Assembly (NCBI GenBank): GCA_049510395.1
Contig: JBEKYY010000012.1
Location: 7,530-71,529 of the forward strand
Direction: 5' to 3'
DNA from: Verrucomicrobiota bacterium
Lineage (GTDB): Bacteria; Verrucomicrobiota; Verrucomicrobiia; Limisphaerales; UBA11358
DNA: 64,000 nucleotides
The position numbers and the translations under genes are program-made. Positions 55,701 to 64,000 of this stretch are shown here, piece by piece. Within the stretch, counting starts at the first letter, position 1, and each line of letters starts with the position of its first letter. The notes beneath the pieces were generated by a model. That model searched no databases. It had not been told where the DNA came from and saw only the letters and a program-made list of their open reading frames with translations.

Positions 55701-56595
55701 CCAGATCGAGAAAGCCGGTCTCGGTGTTCAACGCCATCGTGGAGGAGACGAAATACTTTTTGCCCAGCGGCTCCACCGCGCGGAACAGGGCGCGGGCATA
55801 GTCGTTGATTTTCCGCTGCGGAAAGAAAAGCGTGTCGTCGGCCAGATACACGTTCTCGTGTTTGAGCGAGCGCAGTTCCTCGACGACGCGTTCGATGGGC
55901 CGGAAGCGGATGCGCCCGCCCATTTGCGCCGGGAGCGAACACATGCCGCAGGTGTAGGAACAGCCCCGCGTCAGTTGCACGAGGTCTTCGTCCCAGTCGT
56001 AGAAATCGTTCGTGTAAAAAATCTCGCGCCTGGGAATCGGCTGCGCGGCCAGGTCGGCGGAACTGCCGCCCTGGTAAACCGGTTTCAAAGTGCCGGCTCG
56101 GGCGTCCGCAAGAATCCGCCGCCAGGTGGCCTCGCCTTCGCCAACGTTCACCGAGTCTGCATGTTTAAGACATTCCTCCACCATGAACGAGGGGAACAGC
56201 CCGCCCATGACGACCTTTTTGCCGCGGGCGCGAAAACCGTCGGCAATTTCAAACGCGCGGGTGGCCTGGGGTGTGAAGCAGTTGATGGCGACCAGGTCCG
56301 TTGGGGCGTCGAAGTTGAGTGTCTGCCCGCTGTTGTCATCCACCAGTTCGATTTCAACCTCCGGCGGCGTCAACGAGGCAAGGATGGGGATGCCCAGCGA
56401 AGGCGGGGTGGTGAAGTTGCCCAGGAAATAGTCCACCAGCCCCTGGTCCAGCTCCGGCAGGCCAGTGAGAAACTTTTCAAACCGGGGATAAACAAATGTG
56501 ACTTTCAATTGGGCTCTGCCGGACCACCCGAGCGCGACGAGCGGGGTAACAGTACCGTTCGGACAAAACTGGACAAGAAATTTCTCTTTCACCAC
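52753..56595 (-). CDS. Fusion of B12-binding-type radical SAM domain + ketosynthase + chain-length-factor-like domain (~1250-1280 aa)
   Basis: VAINCF...VVMGG...NVGEGE (B12-binding-like). CSYTCGMC encoded at 55939..55962 (CxxxCxxC). KS triad TACSS / NAHGSGTEAND / FFGHCMG. The C-terminal KS-fold lacks Cys/His (SAGPHAG, WAPQGN). Possible alternative TTG start at 56508 (LKVTFVYP). Confidence 0.8.
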   Translation of the reverse strand: MVKEKFLVQFCPNGTVTPLVALGWSGRAQLKVTFVYPRFEKFLTGLPELDQGLVDYFLGNFTTPPSLGIPILASLTPPEVEIELVDDNSGQTLNFDAPTDLVAINCFTPQATRAFEIADGFRARGKKVVMGGLFPSFMVEECLKHADSVNVGEGEATWRRILADARAGTLKPVYQGGSSADLAAQPIPRREIFYTNDFYDWDEDLVQLTRGCSYTCGMCSLPAQMGGRIRFRPIERVVEELRSLKHENVYLADDTLFFPQRKINDYARALFRAVEPLGKKYFVSSTMALNTETGFLDLATRAGVRNFYCTMNVDPVSIRAIKGEARERQMLKDLVRNLEDRGIRFFGSCGIGRDWDEPDVVDRVLALYAEAGIRTAEFFIFTPYPGSVHWDRMKRQGRIFDHQWSHYNGAHVVARPMNFTPERLREEFIRLWREFFRAQKTQHAAHLEPATWKDGAQVVGKPLQRQGVRQQAVVTGLGLISPIGNDASTVTEALRNGRHGIRPITRFDARHFRSNLGGEAKHLNLRDWLTDAENEEYEDLYLRYAIAAARRALRDAGLQRDGKEIRRDIALVLGTCNGGLCSAEAEYAWKHGRSSRAFDERMNLQAQLYGFGKALASALKFGGETWVITTACSSTTVALGLAQTLINRGYYDTVLVGGADVLCVANMSGFDALKATAPGRMAPFSTPYGMNVGEGACFWVVEDMEKAILRHARCLGRLAGHATTSDAYHPTTPDPRGSGAQRTLRAALEDSGLSISDLGCINAHGSGTEANDKAEARGMAAFMDGHPLPAVSTKSFFGHCMGVTGILEATAQLLAMNAGFIPPTLNFSGPRPGCALDFVPNEARPKKYDAFISANYAFGGNNAAVVVTRWDSPVPARKEINERVVITGVGAVTSLGLGIQKTLAQLRNHAVGLTPVAAFPLRAERARLVGQVASFKAAEVDRRIDFAGLNHISRFAVAASRLALKHAALKVSPGHAGEIGVVMGVCNGPSEMGHMDSVFSSDSFQANVTSFSNIVANSTAGWVSNALYLKGVNASLSAGPHAGLQSLAYAFDALAGKRARAILAGAADEVYAQTFYNYDGIGFLYAGAEESDYRLRLDREKQKALGEGAATLVLETATNALGRGAAVLAEVLGYGMSMDAEGFTAPNNGPAGLKHAAQLALTRAGVTPSQIGLIVWAPQGNRQDLKVITVCEELFGPDFKKLPLVTTTFNTGYIESASILVSLAAALEALATGGKLWPQRTGVSELDQREGCGTPEYILALASSDVGYNFAVALRKGWQP

Positions 56596-56836
56596 GGCTT
56601 CGCTTCCTCAACCCATCGCGTGCGCCGCGACGATTTGTTTCACCGGCGTTCCGTCACATCAATTAGTCATCCAAATAGCAATAACTATGGATTGACAGTC
56701 TTCATAATTTGTGAGTGAATGCAATTGTTGTGAAAAGTTCGCAGAAAACTGGCCGACGCTGCGGCACAGAAGGAGCGTCGTCGTCAAAAAGCAATTTCCT
56801 GTCAGTAATGGGGCACTGTTCAGAAAAGGCAAAAAT

Positions 56837-58525
56837 ATGAAAACTCAGGATGCCTTTGCGACCACAAGCGGCTCGAACACGATGGCCAGTCGTTTAATGG
56901 CTGCCTGCGTCGCGAGACTGCTGCCGCTGCTGCTGTTGGTGTTGCCCGCCGCGGTGCAAGCCCAAGACTACACTTGGACGACCAATGGCGATAACACGAT
57001 CACCATCACGGGTTACACCGGTTCCGGCGGTGATGTGACCATCCCGGACACGATCACTGGCCTGCCGGTTACCAGCATCGGGAATCACGCGTTCATCTGC
57101 TCCCCCCTGACCAGCGTCATGATCGGCACCAACGTTACCAGCATCGGAGTCTCGGCGTTCCTTGGCTCCGGCCTGACCAGCGTCACGATAGGCAACAGCG
57201 TCACCAGCATCGGGGAGGGGGCGTTCGAAGCCTGCACCAGCCTAACCAGCGTTACGATCCCCAACAGTGTCACCAACATCGGGTACGATGCGTTCTATTC
57301 CTGTACCAGCCTGACCAGCGTCGCGATAGGCAACAGCGTCACCAGCATCGGAGTATGGGTGTTCTATTCCTGCACCAGCCTGACCAACGTCACGATCCCC
57401 AACAGCGTCACCAGCATCGGATACGAGGCGTTCTCTGGCTGCACTAGCCTGACCAGCGTCACGATCCCCAACAGCGTCACCGGCATCGGGCCTGGGGCGT
57501 TCCAAAACTGCACCAGCCTGACCAGTATCACGATCCCCAACAGCGTCACCAGCATCGGATACGAGGCGTTCTCTGGCTGCACCAGCCTGACCGGCGTTAC
57601 GATCCCCGACAGCGTTACCAGCATCGAGGACTATGCGTTCGCTGGCTGCGCTAGCCTAACCAACGTCATCATCCCCGACAGCGTCACAAGCATCGGGGAC
57701 TATGCCTTCGCTAGCTGCACCGGCCTGACCAACGCCATGATAGGCAACAGTGTCGCCAACCTCGGGAGATATGCGTTCTCTTCCTGCACCAGCCTGACTA
57801 GCGTCACGATTCCCAACAGCGTCACCAACATCGGGAACTATGCGTTCACTAGCTGCACTGGCCTGACCAACGCCATGATAGGCAACAGTGTCACCAGCAT
57901 CGGGGATTATGCGTTCAATGACTGCGGTAGCCTGACCAGCGTCACAATTGGCAACAGTGTCACCAGCATTGGGGAGTGGGCGTTCTCTTGGTGCACCAAC
58001 CTGAGCAGCGTGACGATCCCCGACAGCGTCACCAGCATCGGGTTTGTTGCGTTCTTTTGCTGCACTAACCTGACTAGCGTCACGATTGGCAACGGCGTCA
58101 CCTACATTGGGGGCGGAGCATTTCAATACTGCATCAGCCTGACAGGAGTCTATTTCCAAGGCAATGCCCCCAACCTTGATTCTAGGTTGCGCGTCTTCGG
58201 CGGTGACAACAGTACAACTATCTATTACTTGCCGGGGACCACGGGCTGGGTCTCGACCTTTGGCGATTGTCCGACCGCGCTATGGTTCCTTCCGTACCCG
58301 CTGATTCTAAACTACGAACCAAGTTTTGGGGTGCGGACGAATCGGTTCGGTTTCATTATTTCTTGGGCAACTAACATCTCCGTCGTGGTGGACGCCTGCA
58401 CAAACCTGACCAATACCGGCTGGTCTCCGGTGCAAACCAACACCCTCACCGGCGGCTGGTGTTATTTCAGCGATCCGGATTGGACGAATTATCCCGGTCG
58501 TTTCTACCGCCTCCGTTCGCCGTGA
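56837..58525 (+). CDS. Secreted BspA-type LRR protein, paralogue 2
   Basis: ATG at 56837 (MKTQDAFATTSGSNTMASRL... signal peptide ...AVQAQ). N-cap NTITITGYTGSGGDVTIPDTITGLPVTSIG, about 18 LRR_5 repeats and a C-terminal module ending FYRLRSP. Confidence 0.85.
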   Translation: MKTQDAFATTSGSNTMASRLMAACVARLLPLLLLVLPAAVQAQDYTWTTNGDNTITITGYTGSGGDVTIPDTITGLPVTSIGNHAFICSPLTSVMIGTNVTSIGVSAFLGSGLTSVTIGNSVTSIGEGAFEACTSLTSVTIPNSVTNIGYDAFYSCTSLTSVAIGNSVTSIGVWVFYSCTSLTNVTIPNSVTSIGYEAFSGCTSLTSVTIPNSVTGIGPGAFQNCTSLTSITIPNSVTSIGYEAFSGCTSLTGVTIPDSVTSIEDYAFAGCASLTNVIIPDSVTSIGDYAFASCTGLTNAMIGNSVANLGRYAFSSCTSLTSVTIPNSVTNIGNYAFTSCTGLTNAMIGNSVTSIGDYAFNDCGSLTSVTIGNSVTSIGEWAFSWCTNLSSVTIPDSVTSIGFVAFFCCTNLTSVTIGNGVTYIGGGAFQYCISLTGVYFQGNAPNLDSRLRVFGGDNSTTIYYLPGTTGWVSTFGDCPTALWFLPYPLILNYEPSFGVRTNRFGFIISWATNISVVVDACTNLTNTGWSPVQTNTLTGGWCYFSDPDWTNYPGRFYRLRSP

Positions 58526-58576
58526 GAGGCGGGAGCGGCAGCTGATTTGAAGATGAAAATTTAATCAGACAACAAT

Positions 58577-61500
58577 ATGAAAATTCAGGATTCCTTTGCG
58601 ACCACAAGCCGCCCGAACACGATGGCCGGGGGTTTAAAAACCGCCTGCGCCGCGAGACTGCTGCCGCTGCTGTTGATGGCGTTGCCTACAGCGGTGCAAG
58701 CCCAAGACTACACTTACACGACCAATGGCGACAACACGATCACCATTACGGGATACACCGGTTCCGGCGGGGCGGTGACCATCCCGGATACGATTTCTGG
58801 CCTGCCAGTCACCAGAATCGGAAGCTCCGCGTTCTATCAGTGCTTCAGCCTGAGAAGCATCACGATTGGCAACAGCGTCACCAGCATCGGAAACTCTGCG
58901 TTCTATCAGTGCATCGGCCTGAAGATCGTCACCATCTCCAACAACGTCACCAGCATCGGGCACAATGCGTTCTATTTCTGCAACAACCTGACCAACGTCA
59001 CAATCGGCAGCAGTGTCACCAACATCGATTACAGTGCGTTCGCTAGCTGCTATAAACTGTCCCGCATCACGATTCCCAACAGCGTCACCAGCATCGGGCA
59101 TGATGTTTTCTCCACCTGCACCAACCTGATCAGCGTCACGATTGGCAACGGCGTCACCAGCATCGGGGACTATGCGTTCTATGACTGCACCAAGCTGCCC
59201 AGCGTTACGATCCCCAACAGCGTCACCAACATCGGGATCTATGTGTTCTCTGGCTGCGCCAGCCTGTACAGCGTTGTGATTGGCACCAACGTCACCAGCA
59301 TCGGGAGCTATGAGTTCTACAACTGCGCCAGCCTGAACAACATCACCATCCCCAACAGCGTCACCAGCATCGGGAGCTATGCGTTCTCTGGTTGCACCAG
59401 CCTGATGGGAGTCTATTTCCAGGGCAATGCCCCCGGCGTTGATTCGACTTTGTTCTCCGGAGACAACAATGAGACCGTCTATTACCTGCCGGAAACCACC
59501 GGCTGGGTATCGCCGTTCGGCGGTTGTCCGAGGGTGCTCTTGTCATACACTTTCACGACCAATAACGGCGCAATCACCATTACCGGATACATTGGTTCCG
59601 GCGGTGCGTTGACCATCCCTGGCACGATCAACAGCCTGCCGGTCACCGGCATCGGGGACTGGGCTTTCGCAGAGTGCTGGGGCCTGACCAGCGTCACCAT
59701 CCCCAACGGCGTCACCAACATCGGATACGGTGCGTTTGAGAATTGCTCTGACCTGACCGGCATCACGATCCCCAACAGCGTCACCAGCATCGAGGACTGG
59801 GCTTTCGCGGAGTGCTGGGACCTGACCAGCGTCACGATCCCCAACAGCGTCACCAGCATGGGGGACTTTACGTTCTATGACTGCGCCAGCCTGACCAGTG
59901 TCATGCTCCCCAACGGCGTCACCAACATCGGGGTCTTGGCGTTCTATGACTGCACCAGTCTGACCAGCGTCACGATCCCCAACAGCGTCACCAGCATCGG
60001 GGACCAGGCGTTCTATTACTGTATCAGCCTGACCGGAGTCTATTTCCAAGGTAACGCCACCACCGCCCTCGGTTGGGAAGCGTTCGCCGATGACAACAAC
60101 GCCACCGTCTATTATTTGCCGGGGACCACGGGCTGGGGCTCGACTTTTGGCGGTCTTCCGGTCGCGCCCTTGCCATACACTTACACGATCAACAATGGCA
60201 CGATCACCATCACGAAATACACCGGTCCCGGTGGTGCGGTGACCTTCCCAGACAGGATCAATGGCCTGCCGGTCACCAGCATCGGGTATATGGCGTTCCA
60301 TTATTGCACCAACCTGACCAGCGTCACCATCCCCAACAGTGTCACCAGCATCGGGAGTTTGGCGTTCGATTCCTGCACCAAACTGGCCAGCGTCACGATA
60401 GGCAACAGCGTCACCAGCATCGGGAGCTCTGCGTTCTTTAACTGTAGCAGCCTGACCAGCGTCACCATCCCCAACAGCGTCACCAGCATCAATGAGGGGG
60501 TATTCTCTGACTGCACGAGCCTGACCAATGTCACGATTCCCAACAGTATCACCAGCATCGGGGACTTTGCGTTCTCCGACTGCACCAGCCTGACCAGCGT
60601 GACGATTCCTGCCAGCGTCACCAACATCGAGGGATCGGCGTTCGATGCCTGCTACGGCCTGACGGCAATCAATGTGAATACGCTCAATTCCGTTTATAGC
60701 AGTGTGAATGGGGTTTTATTCGACAAGAGCCAGACAACGCTTATCCAGTGTCCGGAGGGCAAAGCCGGCAGCTACACGATTCCCAACGGCGTCACCAGCA
60801 TTGGGGACTTTGCGTTCTATGACTGCATCAGCCTGACCAGCGTCACGATCCCCAGCAGTGTTACCAACCTAGGGAGCTATGCGTTCTCTGGCTGCACCAG
60901 CTTGATCGGAGTCCATTTCAATGGGAACGCCCCCAACGTTGATTCGTCTGTGTTCTTTGGTGATAATAATGCAACCGTTTATTACCTGCCGGGGACCACG
61001 GGCTGGGGCTCGACCTTTGGCGGTCGTCCGGCGGTGCTCCTGCCATACACTTACACGATCAACAACGGAACGATCACCATCACGGGTTACACCGGCTCCG
61101 GTGGTGCAGTGGCCATCCCGGACACGATCGATGGCCTGCCGGTCATCAGCATCGGGGACTCGGCTTTTTCTGGTAAATCCAGCGTGACCAGCGTGACGAT
61201 TCCCAACAGCGTCACCAACATCGGAAACAGCACGTTCCAATCCTGCTCCAACCTGACCAGCGTTACGATTCCCAATAGCGTTACTAATATCGGAAGTTCT
61301 GCGTTCCGATCCTGCACCAGCTTGACCAATGTCACAATCGGCGACAGCGTCACCAGCATCGGAAGTTATGCGTTCTGGAGCTGCACCAAACTGGCCAGCG
61401 TGACGATCCCCAACAGTGTAACCAGCATCGGGGACCATGCGTTCGATTCCTGCCGCAGCCTGACCAATGTCACAATCGGCAGCGGCGTCACCAGCATCGG

Positions 61501-62725
61501 AAGTTCTGCGTTCCAAATCTGTAGCAGCCTGACCGGGATAACGGTGGATACAAATAATTCAGCCTATTCCAGTTTGGCTGGAGTCTTGTTCAACCAGAGC
61601 CAGACAACACTCATCCAATATCCGGAGGGCAAAGTCGGTAGTTACGCGATCCCCAACAGCGTCACCAGCATCGGGGGCTATGCGTTCTATTTTTGTGGAG
61701 GACTGACCAACGTCACGATCCCCGACAGCGTCACCACCATCGGCAACTCTGCGTTCGCTGTCTGCAGCCTGAGCAGCGTCACGATCCCCAACAGCGTCAC
61801 CAGCATCGGGTCCTATGCGTTTGCTGGCTGCAGCCTGATCAATGTCACGATCCCCGACAGCGTCATTAGCATCGGGTACAGCACATTCGAAAACTGCTAC
61901 AGCCTGACCAGCGTCACGATAGGCACCAACGTCACCAGCATCGGGGACTTTGCGTTTTATGACTGCACCGGCCTGTTAGCGATAACGGTGGATGCACTCA
62001 ATCCCGCCTATTGCAGTGTGACTGGGGTCTTGTTCAACAAGAGCCGAACTACACTCATCCAATATCCTGCGGGCAAAGGCGGCAGCTACACAGTCCCCGA
62101 CAGCGTCACCAGCATCGGGCTCAATGCGTTCTATTACTGCACTAACCTGACCAGCATCACGATTCCCAACAGTGTCACCAGCATCGGAGACTTTGCGTTC
62201 TATTACTGCACCAACCTGACCAGTATTACGATCCCCAACAGCGTCATTAGCATCGGGTACAGCACATTCGAAAACTGCTACAGCCTGACCAGCGTCACGA
62301 TAGGCAGCAGCGTCACCAGCATCGGGAGCTATGCGTTCGAATCCTGTACCAACCTGAGGGGAGCCTATTTCCAGGGCAATGCCCCTGGCATTGGTTCGTA
62401 TATATTCTACTTTGACAACAATGCGACCGTCTATTACCTGCCGGGTACCACGGGCTGGGGTTCGACCTTTGGCGGTCTTCCAACGGTGCTGTGGAACCCG
62501 CAGGTGCAGACCGGCGATGCCAGCTTCGGCGTGCGGACGAATCGGTTTGGCTTCAATATCGCTGGGAGCAGCAACCTGGTCATCGTGGTGGATGCCTGCA
62601 CGAATCTGGCCAATCCCATCTGGTCTCCGGTGGGAACCAACACGCTCACCAGCAGCTCATCCTATTTCAGTGATCCGCAATGGACAAATTATCCCGGCCG
62701 TTTCTACCGCCTCCGTTCGCCGTGA
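58577..62725 (+). CDS. Secreted BspA-type LRR protein, paralogue 3 (1382 aa, four concatenated modules)
   Basis: Same signal peptide and N-cap as paralogues 1 and 2. The junction motif VYYLPGTTGWGSTFGG..P...YTYTINNGTITITGYTGSGG recurs at about 59.47, 60.10 and 60.97 kb. There is a single terminal FYRLRSP module. Confidence 0.85.
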   Translation: MKIQDSFATTSRPNTMAGGLKTACAARLLPLLLMALPTAVQAQDYTYTTNGDNTITITGYTGSGGAVTIPDTISGLPVTRIGSSAFYQCFSLRSITIGNSVTSIGNSAFYQCIGLKIVTISNNVTSIGHNAFYFCNNLTNVTIGSSVTNIDYSAFASCYKLSRITIPNSVTSIGHDVFSTCTNLISVTIGNGVTSIGDYAFYDCTKLPSVTIPNSVTNIGIYVFSGCASLYSVVIGTNVTSIGSYEFYNCASLNNITIPNSVTSIGSYAFSGCTSLMGVYFQGNAPGVDSTLFSGDNNETVYYLPETTGWVSPFGGCPRVLLSYTFTTNNGAITITGYIGSGGALTIPGTINSLPVTGIGDWAFAECWGLTSVTIPNGVTNIGYGAFENCSDLTGITIPNSVTSIEDWAFAECWDLTSVTIPNSVTSMGDFTFYDCASLTSVMLPNGVTNIGVLAFYDCTSLTSVTIPNSVTSIGDQAFYYCISLTGVYFQGNATTALGWEAFADDNNATVYYLPGTTGWGSTFGGLPVAPLPYTYTINNGTITITKYTGPGGAVTFPDRINGLPVTSIGYMAFHYCTNLTSVTIPNSVTSIGSLAFDSCTKLASVTIGNSVTSIGSSAFFNCSSLTSVTIPNSVTSINEGVFSDCTSLTNVTIPNSITSIGDFAFSDCTSLTSVTIPASVTNIEGSAFDACYGLTAINVNTLNSVYSSVNGVLFDKSQTTLIQCPEGKAGSYTIPNGVTSIGDFAFYDCISLTSVTIPSSVTNLGSYAFSGCTSLIGVHFNGNAPNVDSSVFFGDNNATVYYLPGTTGWGSTFGGRPAVLLPYTYTINNGTITITGYTGSGGAVAIPDTIDGLPVISIGDSAFSGKSSVTSVTIPNSVTNIGNSTFQSCSNLTSVTIPNSVTNIGSSAFRSCTSLTNVTIGDSVTSIGSYAFWSCTKLASVTIPNSVTSIGDHAFDSCRSLTNVTIGSGVTSIGSSAFQICSSLTGITVDTNNSAYSSLAGVLFNQSQTTLIQYPEGKVGSYAIPNSVTSIGGYAFYFCGGLTNVTIPDSVTTIGNSAFAVCSLSSVTIPNSVTSIGSYAFAGCSLINVTIPDSVISIGYSTFENCYSLTSVTIGTNVTSIGDFAFYDCTGLLAITVDALNPAYCSVTGVLFNKSRTTLIQYPAGKGGSYTVPDSVTSIGLNAFYYCTNLTSITIPNSVTSIGDFAFYYCTNLTSITIPNSVISIGYSTFENCYSLTSVTIGSSVTSIGSYAFESCTNLRGAYFQGNAPGIGSYIFYFDNNATVYYLPGTTGWGSTFGGLPTVLWNPQVQTGDASFGVRTNRFGFNIAGSSNLVIVVDACTNLANPIWSPVGTNTLTSSSSYFSDPQWTNYPGRFYRLRSP

Positions 62726-62912
62726 CGTGGGAATGCGGATTGGGCGTGGTGAATTTGGAGTGCGGCGACATGTCGCCGCTTCGAAAGCGCGGACATGTCC
62801 GCGCACTCCAAAATGACTCAGAAGAAATCTGTGTAATCGGCGTAATCTGCGGATTCAGGGCCTCACGCCGCTGGTGAACACCATGAAGCAAGAAGTGCGG
62901 GACAAAAATCCT

Positions 62913-63004
62913 GAAACAGAAGCAAACTCCGATAAATCGCGAGCAGGCGAAGAGAACAAAGTTATTCTCCGCTTTGTTTCCTTCGTTATCTTCTGTAGAA
63001 ATCC
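62913..63004 (+). repeat. Hairpin-containing repeat downstream of LRR genes, copy 2
   Basis: GAAACAGAAGCAAACTCCGATAAATCGCGAGCAGGCGAAGAGAACAAAG...CTTTGTTTCCTTCGTTATCTTCTGTAGAAATCC. Matches 31657..31745. Confidence 0.6.
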
Positions 63005-63283
63005 GTACCCATCCGCGGTTTATTTGATGCCTTGGCTTTTCTGAAACTCAAGAGAGGTTCTTGATTCAATGCCGTGCGGCTCGATGCCTGCTTGCGCAAA
63101 TTTTGCGCGCGGCACAACCGGATGAGCAGTAATTGCGCGGCGGTAATTTTCGTTTCCCTTGAAAAAAGTGCGTTTTCCCGCATGGCACATTCCTTGCGTT
63201 GATTGATTCGCGTCCATGGGACAGCACGCGTGTGTCGTCCGCGATAAAGCAAAATAACCATTCAACCACGAGAGGAAAATTCG

Positions 63284-63829
63284 ATGAAAGCAACAAATCT
63301 GTTAACCATTTGCGGAGTGGCTGCTGCTCTGATGTTAAGTGCAGGCAATGTTTCCGCCCAAAATGATACTACCGGTGGCGGCGGCGGTGGTGGTGGCCGG
63401 GGCGGCCGCAACTTCGATCCGGCGCAAATGCAGCAACGCATGATGGATAACATCAAGGAGCAGCTCGGCTATACCAACGACACCGAATGGAATGCCGTTC
63501 AACCACTGTTTCAAAAAGTGATGGACGCGCGCCGTGATGTCGGGTTTGGCGGCGGCATGGGCCGGATGTTCCGCAATCGCAACAACAGCGACCAGGCCGG
63601 TGCCAACAATCGCCGCAATTTTGGCCCGCAACCCAGCCCGGAAGCCGAAGCCTTGCAGAAGGCCATTGATGACAATGCGCCCAAGGCGCAAATAAAAGCC
63701 GCGCTGGCAAAATATCAGGCATCACAAAAAACCAAGCGTGCCAAGCTTACCGAGGCCCAGGAAAACCTCCGCAAGGTGCTTAATACAAAACAGGAAGCCC
63801 AGGCCACCCTGCTCGGATTGCTCGAATAA
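63284..63829 (+). CDS. Secreted Gly-rich / helical hypothetical protein (Spy/CpxP-like, LTxxQ-type suspected)
   Basis: Signal peptide (CGVAAALMLSAGNVSAQ), a G8 run, then helical segments with KLTEAQ. The family assignment is weak. Confidence 0.55.
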   Translation: MKATNLLTICGVAAALMLSAGNVSAQNDTTGGGGGGGGRGGRNFDPAQMQQRMMDNIKEQLGYTNDTEWNAVQPLFQKVMDARRDVGFGGGMGRMFRNRNNSDQAGANNRRNFGPQPSPEAEALQKAIDDNAPKAQIKAALAKYQASQKTKRAKLTEAQENLRKVLNTKQEAQATLLGLLE

Positions 63830-63919
63830 CCAGTACAAAAGTGGTAGGGACGGCTCGCCGAGCCGTCCGTGACCCCGCTCGAATAACCAATCGAAAAGAG
63901 AAGCTGACGTCCGAATAAT

Positions 63920-64000
63920 ATGGCTGAAACTCCCGTCCAAGACACTTCGTTGAAACAGTTGCTGGACCGCATGGTCGCGGCCCGGCAACTGTCTGCCCCT
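63920..64000 (+). CDS. 5' end of an unassigned ORF running off the window
   Basis: ATG at 63920, MAETPVQDTSLKQLLDRMVAARQLSAP... Only 27 codons are visible. Confidence 0.3.
   Translation, partial: MAETPVQDTSLKQLLDRMVAARQLSAP

Noticed and set aside
50931-56718. Plus-strand ORFs 50931..52106, 52609..54039 and 54373..56718 (up to 781 aa) across the KS/rSAM genes
   Set aside because: They are antisense to genes with intact KS triads and a CxxxCxxC motif. Their composition is Arg/Gly/Ala-rich and non-protein-like.

Overview
High-GC (about 60% by eye) chromosomal window. It fits best with an anaerobic or facultative member of the PVC superphylum, probably Verrucomicrobiota-like: it has a PEP-CTERM protein, BspA-type LRR paralogues and very dense intergenic hairpin/MITE-like repeats. 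This taxonomic call is inference only. Content from left to right:
(1) 1-9.2 kb, minus strand: a translationally coupled Hox-type [NiFe]-hydrogenase/diaphorase operon with an unusual NuoF-GltD fusion subunit and embedded CBS/DRTGG/HATPase regulators. An AraC/PocR regulator is divergent from it.
(2) 11-27 kb: an acetyl-CoA/acetate module (ADP-forming acetyl-CoA synthetase, CoA-transferase-GNAT fusion, AcuC deacetylase, AMP-forming Acs). It is interspersed with a nitroreductase, an S8 protease, a decayed ParE toxin/antitoxin pair, an aldolase and PlsC.
(3) 27-45 kb: MFS transporter, LRR protein, PFOR (nifJ), a four-helix-bundle cassette, a DHOD-like protein, a radical SAM protein, adk, an EF-G paralogue, a methyltransferase and an M24 peptidase.
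(4) 45.7-50.3 kb: an AT-rich island next to the 3' end of tRNA-Thr, carrying a NotI-like endonuclease, a Dam-like methylase and a large HEPN (RNCLVH) protein.
(5) 50.4-56.6 kb: a two-gene operon in which a B12-type radical SAM domain is fused to KS-CLF, followed by a second KS-CLF.
(6) 56.8-62.7 kb: two more LRR paralogues, one of them a four-module concatenation.
No rRNA or CRISPR array was seen. All calls rest on reading the sequence and ORF translations; no database search was run. Repeat boundaries are approximate to a few nt.
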